The notes: generated by a model not told the origin, from the letters alone. Counted from the first letter of the stretch, positions 18,376 to 28,312 are shown. The stretch: DNA of 64,000 nt from Alphaproteobacteria bacterium (GCA_965232515.1 CBDDPY010000002.1:6784001-6848000), one strand, 5' to 3'. Translations and numbers: made by a program.

Positions 18376-19146
18376 TTAGTCGGCACTCGCTGGGAACCGG
18401 CCGACGAAAAACGCGTAGCCATACCAGTCGCCGAAACGCCGCCGCATGTCGATTTCGCGCTCGGTTGTCGCGATAATCCCAAGCGCCGCATCGTCGCCGG
18501 CATATCTTTCGCGCAACGTCGGCAGCTTTGCCGCCAGCGGCGTGTAATAGTGTTCCCACCAGGCGGCGTCGGGCAGGGTGAAATGGCCAAGCGGTTCGTA
18601 ACCGCATTGCCGGACGGTCTCCACGTTTGTCTCGACGTCGGCCATGGCCGGGTATTCGCTGGCAAAGAATTCGGTCACTTCGGCGGGCGGATCCGGCCGA
18701 AGCCACACCAGCTCGGAGGCAGCGATACATCCGGCGGGTCTGAGAAACCGCCGCCAGGCGACCAACGCCGTCTCAAAACCCATGATATAGGCCGAGCCTT
18801 CAGCCCAGATGAGATCGAAGCTTTCGGGGCCGAACGGCAGCGCGCTCATATCCGCCGTCAGCGTCTCAATGCGTTCGGCGACGCCTGCCGCCTCGGCGCG
18901 CACTTGCAACGCATCGAGATACTCCTGGAACACATCCACGGCCGTGATGAGGCCGTTGCAAGCCTTTGCCAGGGCGACGGTCTGCATACCCGGTCCGCAG
19001 CCGATGTCGAGGACGGCCGGCCGCGGCGGCAGGCCGCGGCACAGGGAGAGCGCTTTAAGCGTGCTCTCGTCGCAACCCGGTCCTTGCCGGGGCAGGCCGC
19101 GTTGCACATCCAGGAAGATCTCGAAAAGGCGCGGATCTTCATCCAT
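18376..19146 (-). CDS. Class I SAM-dependent methyltransferase
   Basis: PRQGPG, VLDIGCGPG, DMSALPF..ESFDLIWAEG. Confidence 0.88.
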   Translation of the reverse strand: MDEDPRLFEIFLDVQRGLPRQGPGCDESTLKALSLCRGLPPRPAVLDIGCGPGMQTVALAKACNGLITAVDVFQEYLDALQVRAEAAGVAERIETLTADMSALPFGPESFDLIWAEGSAYIMGFETALVAWRRFLRPAGCIAASELVWLRPDPPAEVTEFFASEYPAMADVETNVETVRQCGYEPLGHFTLPDAAWWEHYYTPLAAKLPTLRERYAGDDAALGIIATTEREIDMRRRFGDWYGYAFFVGRFPASAD

Positions 19147-19303
19147 TCGCGTTGCTCTGCGTCGATACGGGTTGCAGGGAAAACAAGTCTGTCAGTCGTG
19201 GGTCGGCACCGACGCTGCAGCCTGCAGCGTGGCTTCATGATATCCGGAATGCCGGGCCCGGCGATGATTCACGTCAATCTGACCTGCGAACTCTGAATCG
19301 CCG

Positions 19304-20794
19304 TCATTCATTCGGCCTGTTTGGCTCTATGGAACTGTGCGGCGTGTGATCCAGCGGTCGGCCCTTCGCGCCGAGAAACACGAACCGGACCGTCGCCGCG
19401 AGGCCGATAGCAATAAAGGGTAGGCAGAACAGGAAGATGGACCTTGCGGTATACGCGATGGCTTCCATGTCGGAGACTTCCGTGAAGCCGGTGGCGTTGG
19501 CGACGATGCCGACATAGGCCGCGCCGACGGCATAGCCCAGCCGTTGCACGGTCGGAATGGCGCCGGCGACGCGTTCGGTGTCGTCCGGCGGCGCCAGGGC
19601 CGTCATCTGCCGCAGGATGAAGCCCCAGGCCATGCCGAAGCCGACGCCCTCCGAGGCCGACAGGACCGCGATCAGCCCAAGCGGGCCCTGCGGCACGGCA
19701 TGGACAAAACCGGCAAAGCTCGCGCCGACCAGCAGCATGCCGGCGAGGATGAATTTCAGGTCATGGCGCGCCGGCGATCCGGAGACGATGACGGCGGCAA
19801 TGGTCCAGCCGATCGAGGCGCAGGCGATGATGTAACCTGCCGTCATGGCCGAGGCGCCATGCAGCATCACCATCAGCAGCGGTCCGTAGGCGGACATGGC
19901 GACCGTCGCGATGGCCATGCAGAAGATCATGACCAGCGCCGATCCGACCGGCGTGGCGAAGCCGAGCGCCCGGCGCGGCAGCAGCCGGGCGGCGTCGCTT
20001 CGGGTATCGAGGAACAGAAAGCCGGCGATTGCGGCGATGCCCGCGAGCACGAAGAACGCCGTGCGCAACGGCGCGACCTCGACCCCGCCATAGGCGATCA
20101 GCACGACGCCGGCCGCGAGCAGAGCGAGGCGCGGCGTGACGATCCGGCCGGCATTGTCGCGGTCCGCCGGTCGTTCGCGGACATTCCGCGCCAGCGCGAT
20201 CCATAGCGACAGCGCGAGCGCCTGCGCGGCGAAGAACCAGAATCCGCTGCGCCAGTCCGCGTGCGCGACGAAAAGGCCGCCGATCAGCGGCCCGAGAAAG
20301 GCGGATACGCCCCAGAGCGCCGAAATTGCCGCGATGGCGCGTGGGATCAACGGTTTTGGAAACAGTACACCGGTGGCGACGAACGAGAGCGCCATCAATC
20401 CGCCGCCGCCGAGGCCCTGCAGAAGACGCCCGACCAGGACGACCCACATGGCCGGCGCCAGGGCGCTGATCGCGCAGCCCAGCGCAAAAACGGCGGCGGC
20501 CACGCTCATCGGCAGACGCACGCCATGGCGGGTGGCCAGCAGCCCGCTGGCCGCGCCCGTGAGGATGGTGCCGATCTCGTAGAGCGAGATCGTCCAGCCG
20601 ACAAGCGCTTCGCCGCCGATCTCGGTCACGAGCGCCGGCAGCATGGTGGCGACCAAGAGGCCGTTCGCCGCGTGCAGCCAGACGCCCAGACAGACCAGGA
20701 TCAGCGCGGGGCCATGCCGGCGCGTGAGGATGTCGGTCCACCCGACGGGGCCGTCGTCGGGGCGGTTGTGGAAGTTGTCCGTCACCGAAACCAT
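19304..20794 (-). CDS. MFS transporter (DHA2-like, about 14 TM)
   Basis: Many TM segments, GRLLQGLGGG, GPLIGG, WRSGFW. Confidence 0.85.
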   Translation of the reverse strand: MVSVTDNFHNRPDDGPVGWTDILTRRHGPALILVCLGVWLHAANGLLVATMLPALVTEIGGEALVGWTISLYEIGTILTGAASGLLATRHGVRLPMSVAAAVFALGCAISALAPAMWVVLVGRLLQGLGGGGLMALSFVATGVLFPKPLIPRAIAAISALWGVSAFLGPLIGGLFVAHADWRSGFWFFAAQALALSLWIALARNVRERPADRDNAGRIVTPRLALLAAGVVLIAYGGVEVAPLRTAFFVLAGIAAIAGFLFLDTRSDAARLLPRRALGFATPVGSALVMIFCMAIATVAMSAYGPLLMVMLHGASAMTAGYIIACASIGWTIAAVIVSGSPARHDLKFILAGMLLVGASFAGFVHAVPQGPLGLIAVLSASEGVGFGMAWGFILRQMTALAPPDDTERVAGAIPTVQRLGYAVGAAYVGIVANATGFTEVSDMEAIAYTARSIFLFCLPFIAIGLAATVRFVFLGAKGRPLDHTPHSSIEPNRPNE

Positions 20795-20803
20795 GCTGAT
20801 TTA

Positions 20804-20833
20804 AAAGCAAAAACTTTAGAAAGTATATGCTTT
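20804..20833. promoter_or_regulatory. AT-rich imperfect inverted repeat (candidate repressor operator) upstream of the MFS gene
   Basis: AAAGCAAAAACTTT-ag-AAAGTATATGCTTT, 12/14 symmetric, 10 nt from the ATG. Confidence 0.55.
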
Positions 20834-20959
20834 ATAAACCGGCGAAGCCATGTCGAATTTCAGACCGCGCGCAACCGACAGCTCGCGCACGCACAACAGC
20901 GTTATCTCGCGACCGATGCGGGCGCCGCGACGGTCTCGACAATCGACTCGTCGGATCCG

Positions 20960-21499
20960 CTATTCGGCGGCGACGATCTCACCGCAGGCGACGCGTGAGC
21001 CGGAGCCGCCGATGGGCTGGGAGACGTGATCGTCGGGATTTTCGTGAATGACGAAGGTGGAGCCGTCGGCGTCGAGCAGGTTGTTCGGGCCCTCGGTCAG
21101 CGACACCAGGGTCGTGAAGGCCTCCATCTCGCCGATGCCGTCGGCGCCGACGAAGATGTTGGGCAGGTCGCCCGGCTCCGGCCCCTTGGGGTTCAGCAGG
21201 CCGTGACCGCCCGCGACCAGGCCGACATGGCCCTTGGCGGTCTTGAAGCGCTCGCCGGGCTCGCAGACGCCGTGGCTGTGCAGGTGCAGGCCGTGGGCGC
21301 CGGGCGTCAGCCCGGAGACCTTGATATGCAGCAGAACGCCGGCCGGTCCCTGGCGCAGGGTCGCCGTGCCGATCTCCGCGCCATCGACATTGATAATGGT
21401 GGCTTGGGCCTTGGCGGCTTTCGCGTGGCCATCGGCCAGCGTCGGGCTTGCCGCCGTAATGAAGGCAAGCGTGGCGGCGGCGAGAACAGGAACATGCAT
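20960..21499 (-). CDS. sodC: Periplasmic Cu/Zn superoxide dismutase family protein
   Basis: Signal peptide, HGLHLH, KGHV, GHG, GDLPN, VIHENPDD, GGSGSRVACG. Confidence 0.85.
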   Translation of the reverse strand: MHVPVLAAATLAFITAASPTLADGHAKAAKAQATIINVDGAEIGTATLRQGPAGVLLHIKVSGLTPGAHGLHLHSHGVCEPGERFKTAKGHVGLVAGGHGLLNPKGPEPGDLPNIFVGADGIGEMEAFTTLVSLTEGPNNLLDADGSTFVIHENPDDHVSQPIGGSGSRVACGEIVAAE

Positions 21500-21812
21500 G
21501 GCAATCCACTCCACGGGACATCGCATCAAGCAACCGCGCTCGATGGATATCACCTGTGGATGATTTTCGCCCGGACAACTCTTGACTCACGGCTTTTTGA
21601 CCTGGGCGGCGCTGCAACAGCCGCTGCTTGCCGGCCCGCCGGGCGCGGAAACCATTGAAACAATTTTCCGTGTCAGTGGAAACCGAACTGACGCAGAGCT
21701 ACCCCATTTCTCGAACGACTGGGAGAGGCAACCGGCTCAAGCACCACACGCACCGCCGAATGAACCCGGTCGCGAGAGGGGCTTGGGCACAATTCCAAGA
21801 GAGGATAAGGAA

Positions 21813-22388
21813 ATGACCCAGGACTCCGTTCAGAACACAGCAACGGACGTAAACAACGGTGTCAATGTGGAGGCTTTGCTCGGCGCCCGAGAAGCGTTGG
21901 ACGCGACCCCCGAGGCGGCGCAGTTCAAGTGGCGCGCCACCTGCGAGTGGGTGAACGGCACACATAGCCGGTCGACCGTGAGCGGCTTCTTCGGTCTCGG
22001 CGAAGAGCAGTCGCGCGGCAAGACCTTTACCCTGGAAGCCGATCACCCCGAAGTATTCGCGTCCGAGGACAAGGCGCCGACACCGGCCGAGATCGTATTG
22101 TCGGGGCTGGCCAGCTGCCTGACGGCCGGCGTCGCCGCCGTCGCCCAGCATCGCGGCATTCAGTTGCGATCGGTCAAGGCCACGATCGAAGGTGACATGG
22201 ACCTGCAGGGCATCCTCGGCATCGACGACCAGGTCCGTAACGGCTTCGGCGGCATCCGCGTGCACTTCGACATCGACGCCGATGCCGACGCTGACGACAT
22301 CAAGGCGCTGGTCGCCCAGTCGCAGAAGCGCTCCGCGGTCTTCGACGTCGTCACCAATCCGACCAACGTCTTCGTTACCGTCAACTGA
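21813..22388 (+). CDS. OsmC-family protein (single conserved Cys subtype)
   Basis: NGVNVEAL, ADHPEVF..D.APTPAE..L..LASCL, RGIQL..V...IEGDMDL.GILG, RSAVFD. Confidence 0.85.
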   Translation: MTQDSVQNTATDVNNGVNVEALLGAREALDATPEAAQFKWRATCEWVNGTHSRSTVSGFFGLGEEQSRGKTFTLEADHPEVFASEDKAPTPAEIVLSGLASCLTAGVAAVAQHRGIQLRSVKATIEGDMDLQGILGIDDQVRNGFGGIRVHFDIDADADADDIKALVAQSQKRSAVFDVVTNPTNVFVTVN

Positions 22389-22417
22389 CCGCCCTCAACC
22401 GGTAGGGGACGGCGGTC

Positions 22418-23659
22418 GTGACGTACGCGACGACCGTCATCGTCGGCGCCGGGCATGCCGGGCTGGCGATGAGTAAACACCTTGCCGACCGCTCGATCGA
22501 CCACGTGTTGATCGAGCGGGGCGAGGTTGCCCATTCATGGCGGACGGAGCGGTGGGACTCGCTGCGTCTGCTGACACCCAACTGGCAGAGCCGTCTGCCG
22601 GGCTATGCCTGGTCCGGCGGCGATCCGGACGGCTATATGGACATGGCCGACGTCGTCCGATTCGTGCAGGGCTATGCCGAGGCCATCGCGGCGCCGGTCG
22701 AATGCGGCACCACCGTGACGTCGGTCCGCCAGGCGGAGCATGGCTACGACGTGGTCACCGATCGCGGCACCTGGCGTTGCCGGATGCTGGTCCTGGCGAG
22801 TGGCGCCTGCAACGTCGCGACCGTGCCGCCGGTCGCCGAGGCATTGCCGGTGGCGATCGAAAGCCGGACGCCCATGCAGTACCGGAACCCGGACGGCCTG
22901 GCCGACGGCGGCGTGCTGGTCGTCGGCGCGTCGGCGACCGGCGTTCAGCTCGCGGCCGAGATCCAGGCTTCGGGCCGGCAGGTCACGCTCTCCGTCGGTG
23001 AGCACATTCGCATGCCGCGCCTTTATCGCGGCCGCGACATCGCCTGGTGGATGGACGTGACCGGCGTGATGGGCCTGACTTACACGGAGGTCGATGACAT
23101 CAGGCGGGCGCGGCGGGTGCCGTCATTGCAGCTCGTCGGTACGCCGGAGCGGCAGACGTTGGATCTGAACGCGCTGCGTCGCGAGGGCGTCGAGATCGTC
23201 GGCCGCCTGGCCGGCATGCGGGACGGCGAGGTGCAGTTCTCGGGCGCGCTCGGCAACCAGTGCGCGCTCGCGGACCTGAAAATGAACCGGCTGCTCGATT
23301 CCATCGACGACTGGATCGCGGCGAACGGCATGGACGGCGAGGTCGGTCCGCCGCAGCGTTTCGACGCCACCGAGGTCGACGCCAACCCGCGGCTGTCCAT
23401 GAACCTTGTCGACGCCGGCATCCGCACGGTGATCTGGGCGACGGGATACCGCCCGGATTATTCCTGGCTCGACGTGCCGGTGCTGGATCGCAAGGGCCGC
23501 ATCCGCCATGACGGCGGCGTGGTCGATGCGCCCGGCATGTACGTGCTGGGGCTGCCGTTCCTGCGGCGGCGCAAGTCGTCCTTCATCGACGGCGCCGGCG
23601 ACGATGCCCACGACCTGGCCGAGCACCTGCTCGCCAGGCTGCGCTCCGCGGCGGCGTGA
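22418..23659 (+). CDS. Flavin-containing monooxygenase-like NAD(P)/FAD oxidoreductase (TrkA/CzcO-like)
   Basis: VGAGHAG, WRTERWDSLRLLTPN, VGASATG, IWATGY. Confidence 0.85.
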   Translation: MTYATTVIVGAGHAGLAMSKHLADRSIDHVLIERGEVAHSWRTERWDSLRLLTPNWQSRLPGYAWSGGDPDGYMDMADVVRFVQGYAEAIAAPVECGTTVTSVRQAEHGYDVVTDRGTWRCRMLVLASGACNVATVPPVAEALPVAIESRTPMQYRNPDGLADGGVLVVGASATGVQLAAEIQASGRQVTLSVGEHIRMPRLYRGRDIAWWMDVTGVMGLTYTEVDDIRRARRVPSLQLVGTPERQTLDLNALRREGVEIVGRLAGMRDGEVQFSGALGNQCALADLKMNRLLDSIDDWIAANGMDGEVGPPQRFDATEVDANPRLSMNLVDAGIRTVIWATGYRPDYSWLDVPVLDRKGRIRHDGGVVDAPGMYVLGLPFLRRRKSSFIDGAGDDAHDLAEHLLARLRSAAA

Positions 23660-23669
23660 GGCGGCGGTG

Positions 23670-24845
23670 ATGAACGATCGACAAACGTGCAGTGCGCGCT
23701 ACGACGCCGTGATCGTCGGCGCGCGCTGCGCCGGGGCCGCGACGGCGATGCTGCTGGCCCGGTCCGGGGCCAGGGTGCTGCTGATCGACCGCCAGAAATA
23801 CGGCACGGATGTGGTCTCGACCCATGCCCTGATGCGCGGCGGGGTCCTGCAGCTCCGGCGCTGGGGCCTGTTGCCCCGGCTGATCGCCGCCGGTACGCCG
23901 GAAGTGCGCCGGACCACGTTCCACTATGGCGACGAGACGATCCCGGTCCCGATCAAATCGGAGCATGACGTCGACTATCTGTGCGCGCCGCGCCGCACCG
24001 TGCTGGATCGGATCCTTGTGGATGCGGCCAGCGATGCCGGCGTCGAGGTGCGCCACGGCGTTTCGCTGACGGACCTGCGGCGTGCCGCCGACGGCCGTGT
24101 GATCGGCGTGGATCTGAAGGACCCGGACATTGATGGCGTCGTCGCGGTGAATGCCGACATGGTGATCGGCGCGGATGGACGTCAGTCAACCGTCGCCCGT
24201 CTGGTCCAGGCGCCGTTCACCGTCGAGGGCACGCAAGCGTCCGGCTACGTCTATGGCTATTTCGAGAACCTCGCGGACGACGGCTATCACTGGTACTTCG
24301 CACGCGATGTGGCGGCCGGCGTCATTCCGACGAACCACCTGCAGCACTGCGTCTTCGTCGGCGTGCGGCGCGCGGAATTCGCGTCCGTGTTCCGCGGCAA
24401 TCTGGACGGCGGCTTCCGGCAGGTGGCGCGCGCGAACGCGGACTCGCTGGCCGAGCAGATCGACGATGCCTGTCTGGCCGGACGCCTGCGCGGCTTTGCC
24501 GGCAGCCCTGGTTACCTCAGGCAGTCCTACGGCCCGGGCTGGGCGCTGGTCGGCGATGCCGGCTACTTCAAGGACCCGTTGACTGCGCACGGCATCACCG
24601 ACGCCTTGCGCGACGCCGAGCTACTGGCCCGCGCCGTCGGCGCGGGCACGGAAGTGGCGCTGGCGCGGTATCAGGACATACGCGATGCGCTGTCCCGGCC
24701 GTTGCTGGACGTCACCGATGCGATTGCCTCGTTCGACTGGACCCTCGACGAGGTCAAGGCGCATCACGCCGATCTGAGCGACGCCATGAAGGCGGAAGTC
24801 AATCACATCGCCAGGCTATCCGCGACGGACACCCTGGCAGCCTAG
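23670..24845 (+). CDS. FAD-dependent oxidoreductase (geranylgeranyl reductase/halogenase-like fold)
   Basis: VGARCAGA, APRRTVLD, IGADGRQS, GWALVGDAGYFKDPLTAHGITDA. Confidence 0.85.
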   Translation: MNDRQTCSARYDAVIVGARCAGAATAMLLARSGARVLLIDRQKYGTDVVSTHALMRGGVLQLRRWGLLPRLIAAGTPEVRRTTFHYGDETIPVPIKSEHDVDYLCAPRRTVLDRILVDAASDAGVEVRHGVSLTDLRRAADGRVIGVDLKDPDIDGVVAVNADMVIGADGRQSTVARLVQAPFTVEGTQASGYVYGYFENLADDGYHWYFARDVAAGVIPTNHLQHCVFVGVRRAEFASVFRGNLDGGFRQVARANADSLAEQIDDACLAGRLRGFAGSPGYLRQSYGPGWALVGDAGYFKDPLTAHGITDALRDAELLARAVGAGTEVALARYQDIRDALSRPLLDVTDAIASFDWTLDEVKAHHADLSDAMKAEVNHIARLSATDTLAA

Positions 24846-24856
24846 GAGTGAGGACA

Positions 24857-25315
24857 ATGACCACGACAACCAAAGCGAAATCACCCTGGAACCGCACCAT
24901 CGCCGGTCAACCCGCGAAAGGCGCAACGGCAAAGCGAACGCGGACGACGAACATGCGGGATGTCGAGATGTTCACCGAGATGACCGGTGACCGGAACCCG
25001 ATCCACTACGACGAGGCGCTGGCGACCGCGTCGCCGTTCGGCGGCCTGATCGTGCAGGGCGGCGTGACCACGGGCCTGCTGAACGCCGCCGTCGCCGAGG
25101 ACCTGCCGGGCCCCGGCACGGTCTTCCTGGAAACCAACTGGAAGTTCGTCAAGGCCGTGAAGGTGGGCGAGACGATCACCGCCACGGTGACCGTCGCCGA
25201 CGTGCGCGACGACAAGCCGATCTGCAAGCTGGAGACGGTCGTGCGCAATAGCGACGGCGACGACTGCGTCGTCGGCACCGCCACCACCTACACGATGCCG
25301 CTGTCGAACGGCTGA
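24857..25315 (+). CDS. MaoC-family (R)-enoyl-CoA hydratase/dehydratase
   Basis: FTEMTGDRNPIHYD (catalytic D and H), LPGPGTVFL, VKVGETIT. Confidence 0.88.
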   Translation: MTTTTKAKSPWNRTIAGQPAKGATAKRTRTTNMRDVEMFTEMTGDRNPIHYDEALATASPFGGLIVQGGVTTGLLNAAVAEDLPGPGTVFLETNWKFVKAVKVGETITATVTVADVRDDKPICKLETVVRNSDGDDCVVGTATTYTMPLSNG

Positions 25316-25322
25316 GTTCGGG

Positions 25323-25757
25323 CTAAACCGGTTCGGCGAGGAAGACCGGGATCTTCCGGTCGGTCTTGGCCTGGTAGTCGTCGTAGGGCGGATAGGCCTT
25401 GGCGGCGGCGGCCCAGAGGCGGGCGCGCTCGTCGTCGTCGCTCACCTCGCGGACCCGCGCCTTGATCACCTCCGTGTGGTCGCGGATTTCGACATCAGGG
25501 TTGGCGCGCAGGTTGTGGACCCAGACCGGGTCCTTGGGCCGGCCGCCATAGGAGCCGATCAGGACGTGGCCGCCGTCGACCTTGACCTGCATGACCGGGA
25601 TCTTGCGGATGGCGCCGGTCTTGTTGCCGGTATGGGTGATGATGATGCAGGGCAGGCCGGTGTCGCGCAGCGTCGTGCCTTCGGTGCCGCCGCTGCTCTC
25701 ATAGAGCTCGACCTGCTCGCGCACCCAATCGATGGCGGGCGGGATGTATTCGGGCAT
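25323..25757 (-). CDS. Deazaflavin (F420)-dependent nitroreductase/oxidoreductase, Ddn-like
   Basis: GNKTGAIRKIP, SYGGRPKDPVWVHNLRANP, YPPYDDYQAKTDRKIPVF; CAGGAGG RBS. Confidence 0.88.
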   Translation of the reverse strand: MPEYIPPAIDWVREQVELYESSGGTEGTTLRDTGLPCIIITHTGNKTGAIRKIPVMQVKVDGGHVLIGSYGGRPKDPVWVHNLRANPDVEIRDHTEVIKARVREVSDDDERARLWAAAAKAYPPYDDYQAKTDRKIPVFLAEPV

Positions 25758-25883
25758 GGTGACCTCCTGTCGATCCGTCGCGCGACTCTGACACAAGCGC
25801 GCGAGCTATGAAATGCGGGCTAAGGATGACGTAGTGAATGCGTTGCGTCATTGTTAGGCCCTTGCAAGGTCTGGGGGCCGAAC

Positions 25884-26357
25884 ATGCCTGACATCCGCGC
25901 GTTCCGGGATGCCGACATCGGCGCGCTGCAGCGGCTGATCTTCGAGACCATCGACGTCAGCTATGCGCCGGTCTATCCGCCGCGCGCGCTCGCGTTCTTC
26001 AAGACGTTTCATGGCGAGGCGGAACTCCGGGCGCGCGGCCGGACCGGCACCATTCTCGTGATCGAGGACGATGGCGAGCTGATCGCCACGGGCAGCCTGG
26101 TCGGCAACGAGATCCTCGCCGTGTTCGTCCGCCCGGGCCTGCAGGGCGGCGGCTACGGCAAGGCGCTGATGCGGGCCTTGGAAGAGAAGGCGCGCGCCGA
26201 CGGCGAGACGGAATGCGCGCTCAGCATCTCGCTACCGTCGCTGAAATTTTATCAGGGGCTCGGCTACGAGGTCCTCGAAGAACGCTCGCGGGATCTCGGC
26301 GACGGACAGCGGCTGGACTTCTGGAAAGCGAAGAAGTCATTGGCGTCGACGCCTTGA
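25884..26357 (+). CDS. GNAT-family N-acetyltransferase
   Basis: VFVRPGLQGGGYGKALM (acetyl-CoA motif A), FYQGLGY. Confidence 0.85.
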   Translation: MPDIRAFRDADIGALQRLIFETIDVSYAPVYPPRALAFFKTFHGEAELRARGRTGTILVIEDDGELIATGSLVGNEILAVFVRPGLQGGGYGKALMRALEEKARADGETECALSISLPSLKFYQGLGYEVLEERSRDLGDGQRLDFWKAKKSLASTP

Positions 26358-26439
26358 CACCCATGGCGGGCGGACCGCAGTCTTTCTCGTGATCGTTGAT
26401 TGACGAGCGCCGGAACCATGACCTGCCGTCTCGTGTCCG

Positions 26440-27396
26440 ATGTATAGCTATATCGTGCGCCGCCTGGCCTTCGGCGGCCTGACCGTGTTCGGCGTCTCCG
26501 TCATTGTCTTCCTGATCATGCGCGTGATGCCCGGCGATCCGCTGGCCGCGATCTTCGGGCCGGAGGGCATGACCAAGCTGACGGAAGCGCAGCGCGCCAG
26601 CTACATGGAGGAGCTGGGCCTGTCGGACCCGCTGATCGTGCAGTATTTCCGCTGGATGGGGGACATTGCGCGCGGCGACCTGGGCCGGTCGTTCTTCCGC
26701 GCCGAAAGCGTCGGCGAGATGGTTATGCGGCGCGGACCGCTGACGGCGCAGATCGGCATCCTGTCGGTGATCTTGTCCTGGCTGATCGGCATTCCGGTCG
26801 CCATTATCAGCGCGCTCAGACCGAACAGCACCGCCGATACGACGGTGCGGGTCGTCACCATCACATGTCTCGCCGTGCCCGGCTTCTGGCTCGGCATGCT
26901 GATCGTGCTCGGCCTGCTGTTCGGCTTCGGCTATCGCGCGCCGCTGACCGGCGCGGCGCTGTTCGAGGACCCGTGGACGACCTTCCAGATTGTCATCGGG
27001 CCGGCCTTTGTGCTGGCGCTGGGGCAGGCGGCCTATATCGCCCGCATGGCCCGGTCGAGCCTGCTGGAGGTGATCCGCGAGGACTATGTGCGCACGGCCC
27101 GCGCCAAGGGCCTGAGTGGGCGGCTGGTGGTGAGCCTGCACGCCCTGCCGAACGCGCTGCTGCCGGTGATCACGTTGTCGGGCATCCTGCTGGGCTTCGT
27201 GCTCGCCGGCTCGATCCCGGTCGAGCGGGCCTTCGGCACGCCGGGCCTCGGCTACGCCATGTTCACCGCGGTCAACGAGCGCGACATCTTCGTGATGCAG
27301 AACCTGGTGTTCCTCTACGCCGTCGTCTTCGTGATGCTGAACATCATGGTCGACATCATCATCGCCTGGCTCGACCCGAGGATCCGATACCAATGA
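26440..27396 (+). CDS. Peptide/nickel ABC transporter permease (DppB-like)
   Basis: PGDP, GDLGRS, EDYVRTARAKGL EAA loop, DPRIR. Confidence 0.9.
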   Translation: MYSYIVRRLAFGGLTVFGVSVIVFLIMRVMPGDPLAAIFGPEGMTKLTEAQRASYMEELGLSDPLIVQYFRWMGDIARGDLGRSFFRAESVGEMVMRRGPLTAQIGILSVILSWLIGIPVAIISALRPNSTADTTVRVVTITCLAVPGFWLGMLIVLGLLFGFGYRAPLTGAALFEDPWTTFQIVIGPAFVLALGQAAYIARMARSSLLEVIREDYVRTARAKGLSGRLVVSLHALPNALLPVITLSGILLGFVLAGSIPVERAFGTPGLGYAMFTAVNERDIFVMQNLVFLYAVVFVMLNIMVDIIIAWLDPRIRYQ

Positions 27397-28310
27397 CGCC
27401 GCGGCTCGAATCCGACCTGCCGCTGGAGCCGGGCCCCGGCGCCGCCGAGCTGCCGATCTGGCGGCGGGCCGCGAAGGGCCTCGCGACCTTCGCCCGGCGC
27501 TCGCCGCTGTCGGCCTTCTGGGGCTGCATCGCGCTGCTGATCGTGGTCATGGCCGTGGCCGCGCCGGCGATCGCGCCCTTCGATCCGCTGCAATCGGACT
27601 TCCGGCGCATGCAGAAGCCGCCGGATGCGCATAACTTCTTCGGTTCCGACCAGATCGGCCGGGACACGCTGAGCCGGGTCATTCACGGCAGCCGGACGTC
27701 GCTGACCGTGGCCATCGCCGCGGTGCTGCTCGGCACCACGTTGGGCTGCTTGTGGGGCCTGGCGAGCGGCTATTTCGGCGGCCGCTTCGACATCATCAGC
27801 CAGCGCATAATCGAGTTCGTACAGGCCTTTCCCGATCTGATACTTGCCATGGCCATCGCCATGGCGCTGGGCGCCGGCACCGACACGGTGATCATCGCCA
27901 TCGCCATCACCCGAATACCGTTCGGCGGGCGCGTCATCCGCTCGGTGGTGCTGTCCGTGAAGGAGATGTCCTTCGTCGAGGCGGCGCGCGGCCTCGGCGC
28001 CTCGCATTTGCGGATCATGCTGCGGCACATCCTGCCGCAATGCGTCGCGCCCTACCTGATCCTGGCCACGACCCATCTCGGCGTCGCCATCATCATCGAG
28101 GCCTCGCTCGGCTTCCTCGGCGTCGGCATCCCACCGCCCACGCCGACCTGGGGCAACATGCTGGCCGACGCGCTGAACGCGGGCCTGGTGCCACCCTGGT
28201 GGCTGGTGCTGTTCCCGGGCCTCGCCATCACCATCACCGTGCTGGCCTTCAACCTGCTGGGCGACGGCATCCGCGACATGCTGGACCCGCGGCTGCGCGG
28301 CTCCGTCTGA
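27393..28310 (+). CDS. Peptide/nickel ABC transporter permease (DppC-like)
   Basis: FGSDQIGRD, FVEAARGLGAS, EASLGFLGVG, GDGIRDMLDPR; ATGA overlap. Confidence 0.9.
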   Translation: MTPRLESDLPLEPGPGAAELPIWRRAAKGLATFARRSPLSAFWGCIALLIVVMAVAAPAIAPFDPLQSDFRRMQKPPDAHNFFGSDQIGRDTLSRVIHGSRTSLTVAIAAVLLGTTLGCLWGLASGYFGGRFDIISQRIIEFVQAFPDLILAMAIAMALGAGTDTVIIAIAITRIPFGGRVIRSVVLSVKEMSFVEAARGLGASHLRIMLRHILPQCVAPYLILATTHLGVAIIIEASLGFLGVGIPPPTPTWGNMLADALNAGLVPPWWLVLFPGLAITITVLAFNLLGDGIRDMLDPRLRGSV

Positions 28311-28312
28311 GC

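Noticed and set aside
19150-19300. Possible SAM riboswitch upstream of the methyltransferase
   Set aside because: Only a simple palindrome (ACGCTGCAG-C-CTGCAGCGT); no SAM-II, SAM-V or SAM-SAH consensus recognised.
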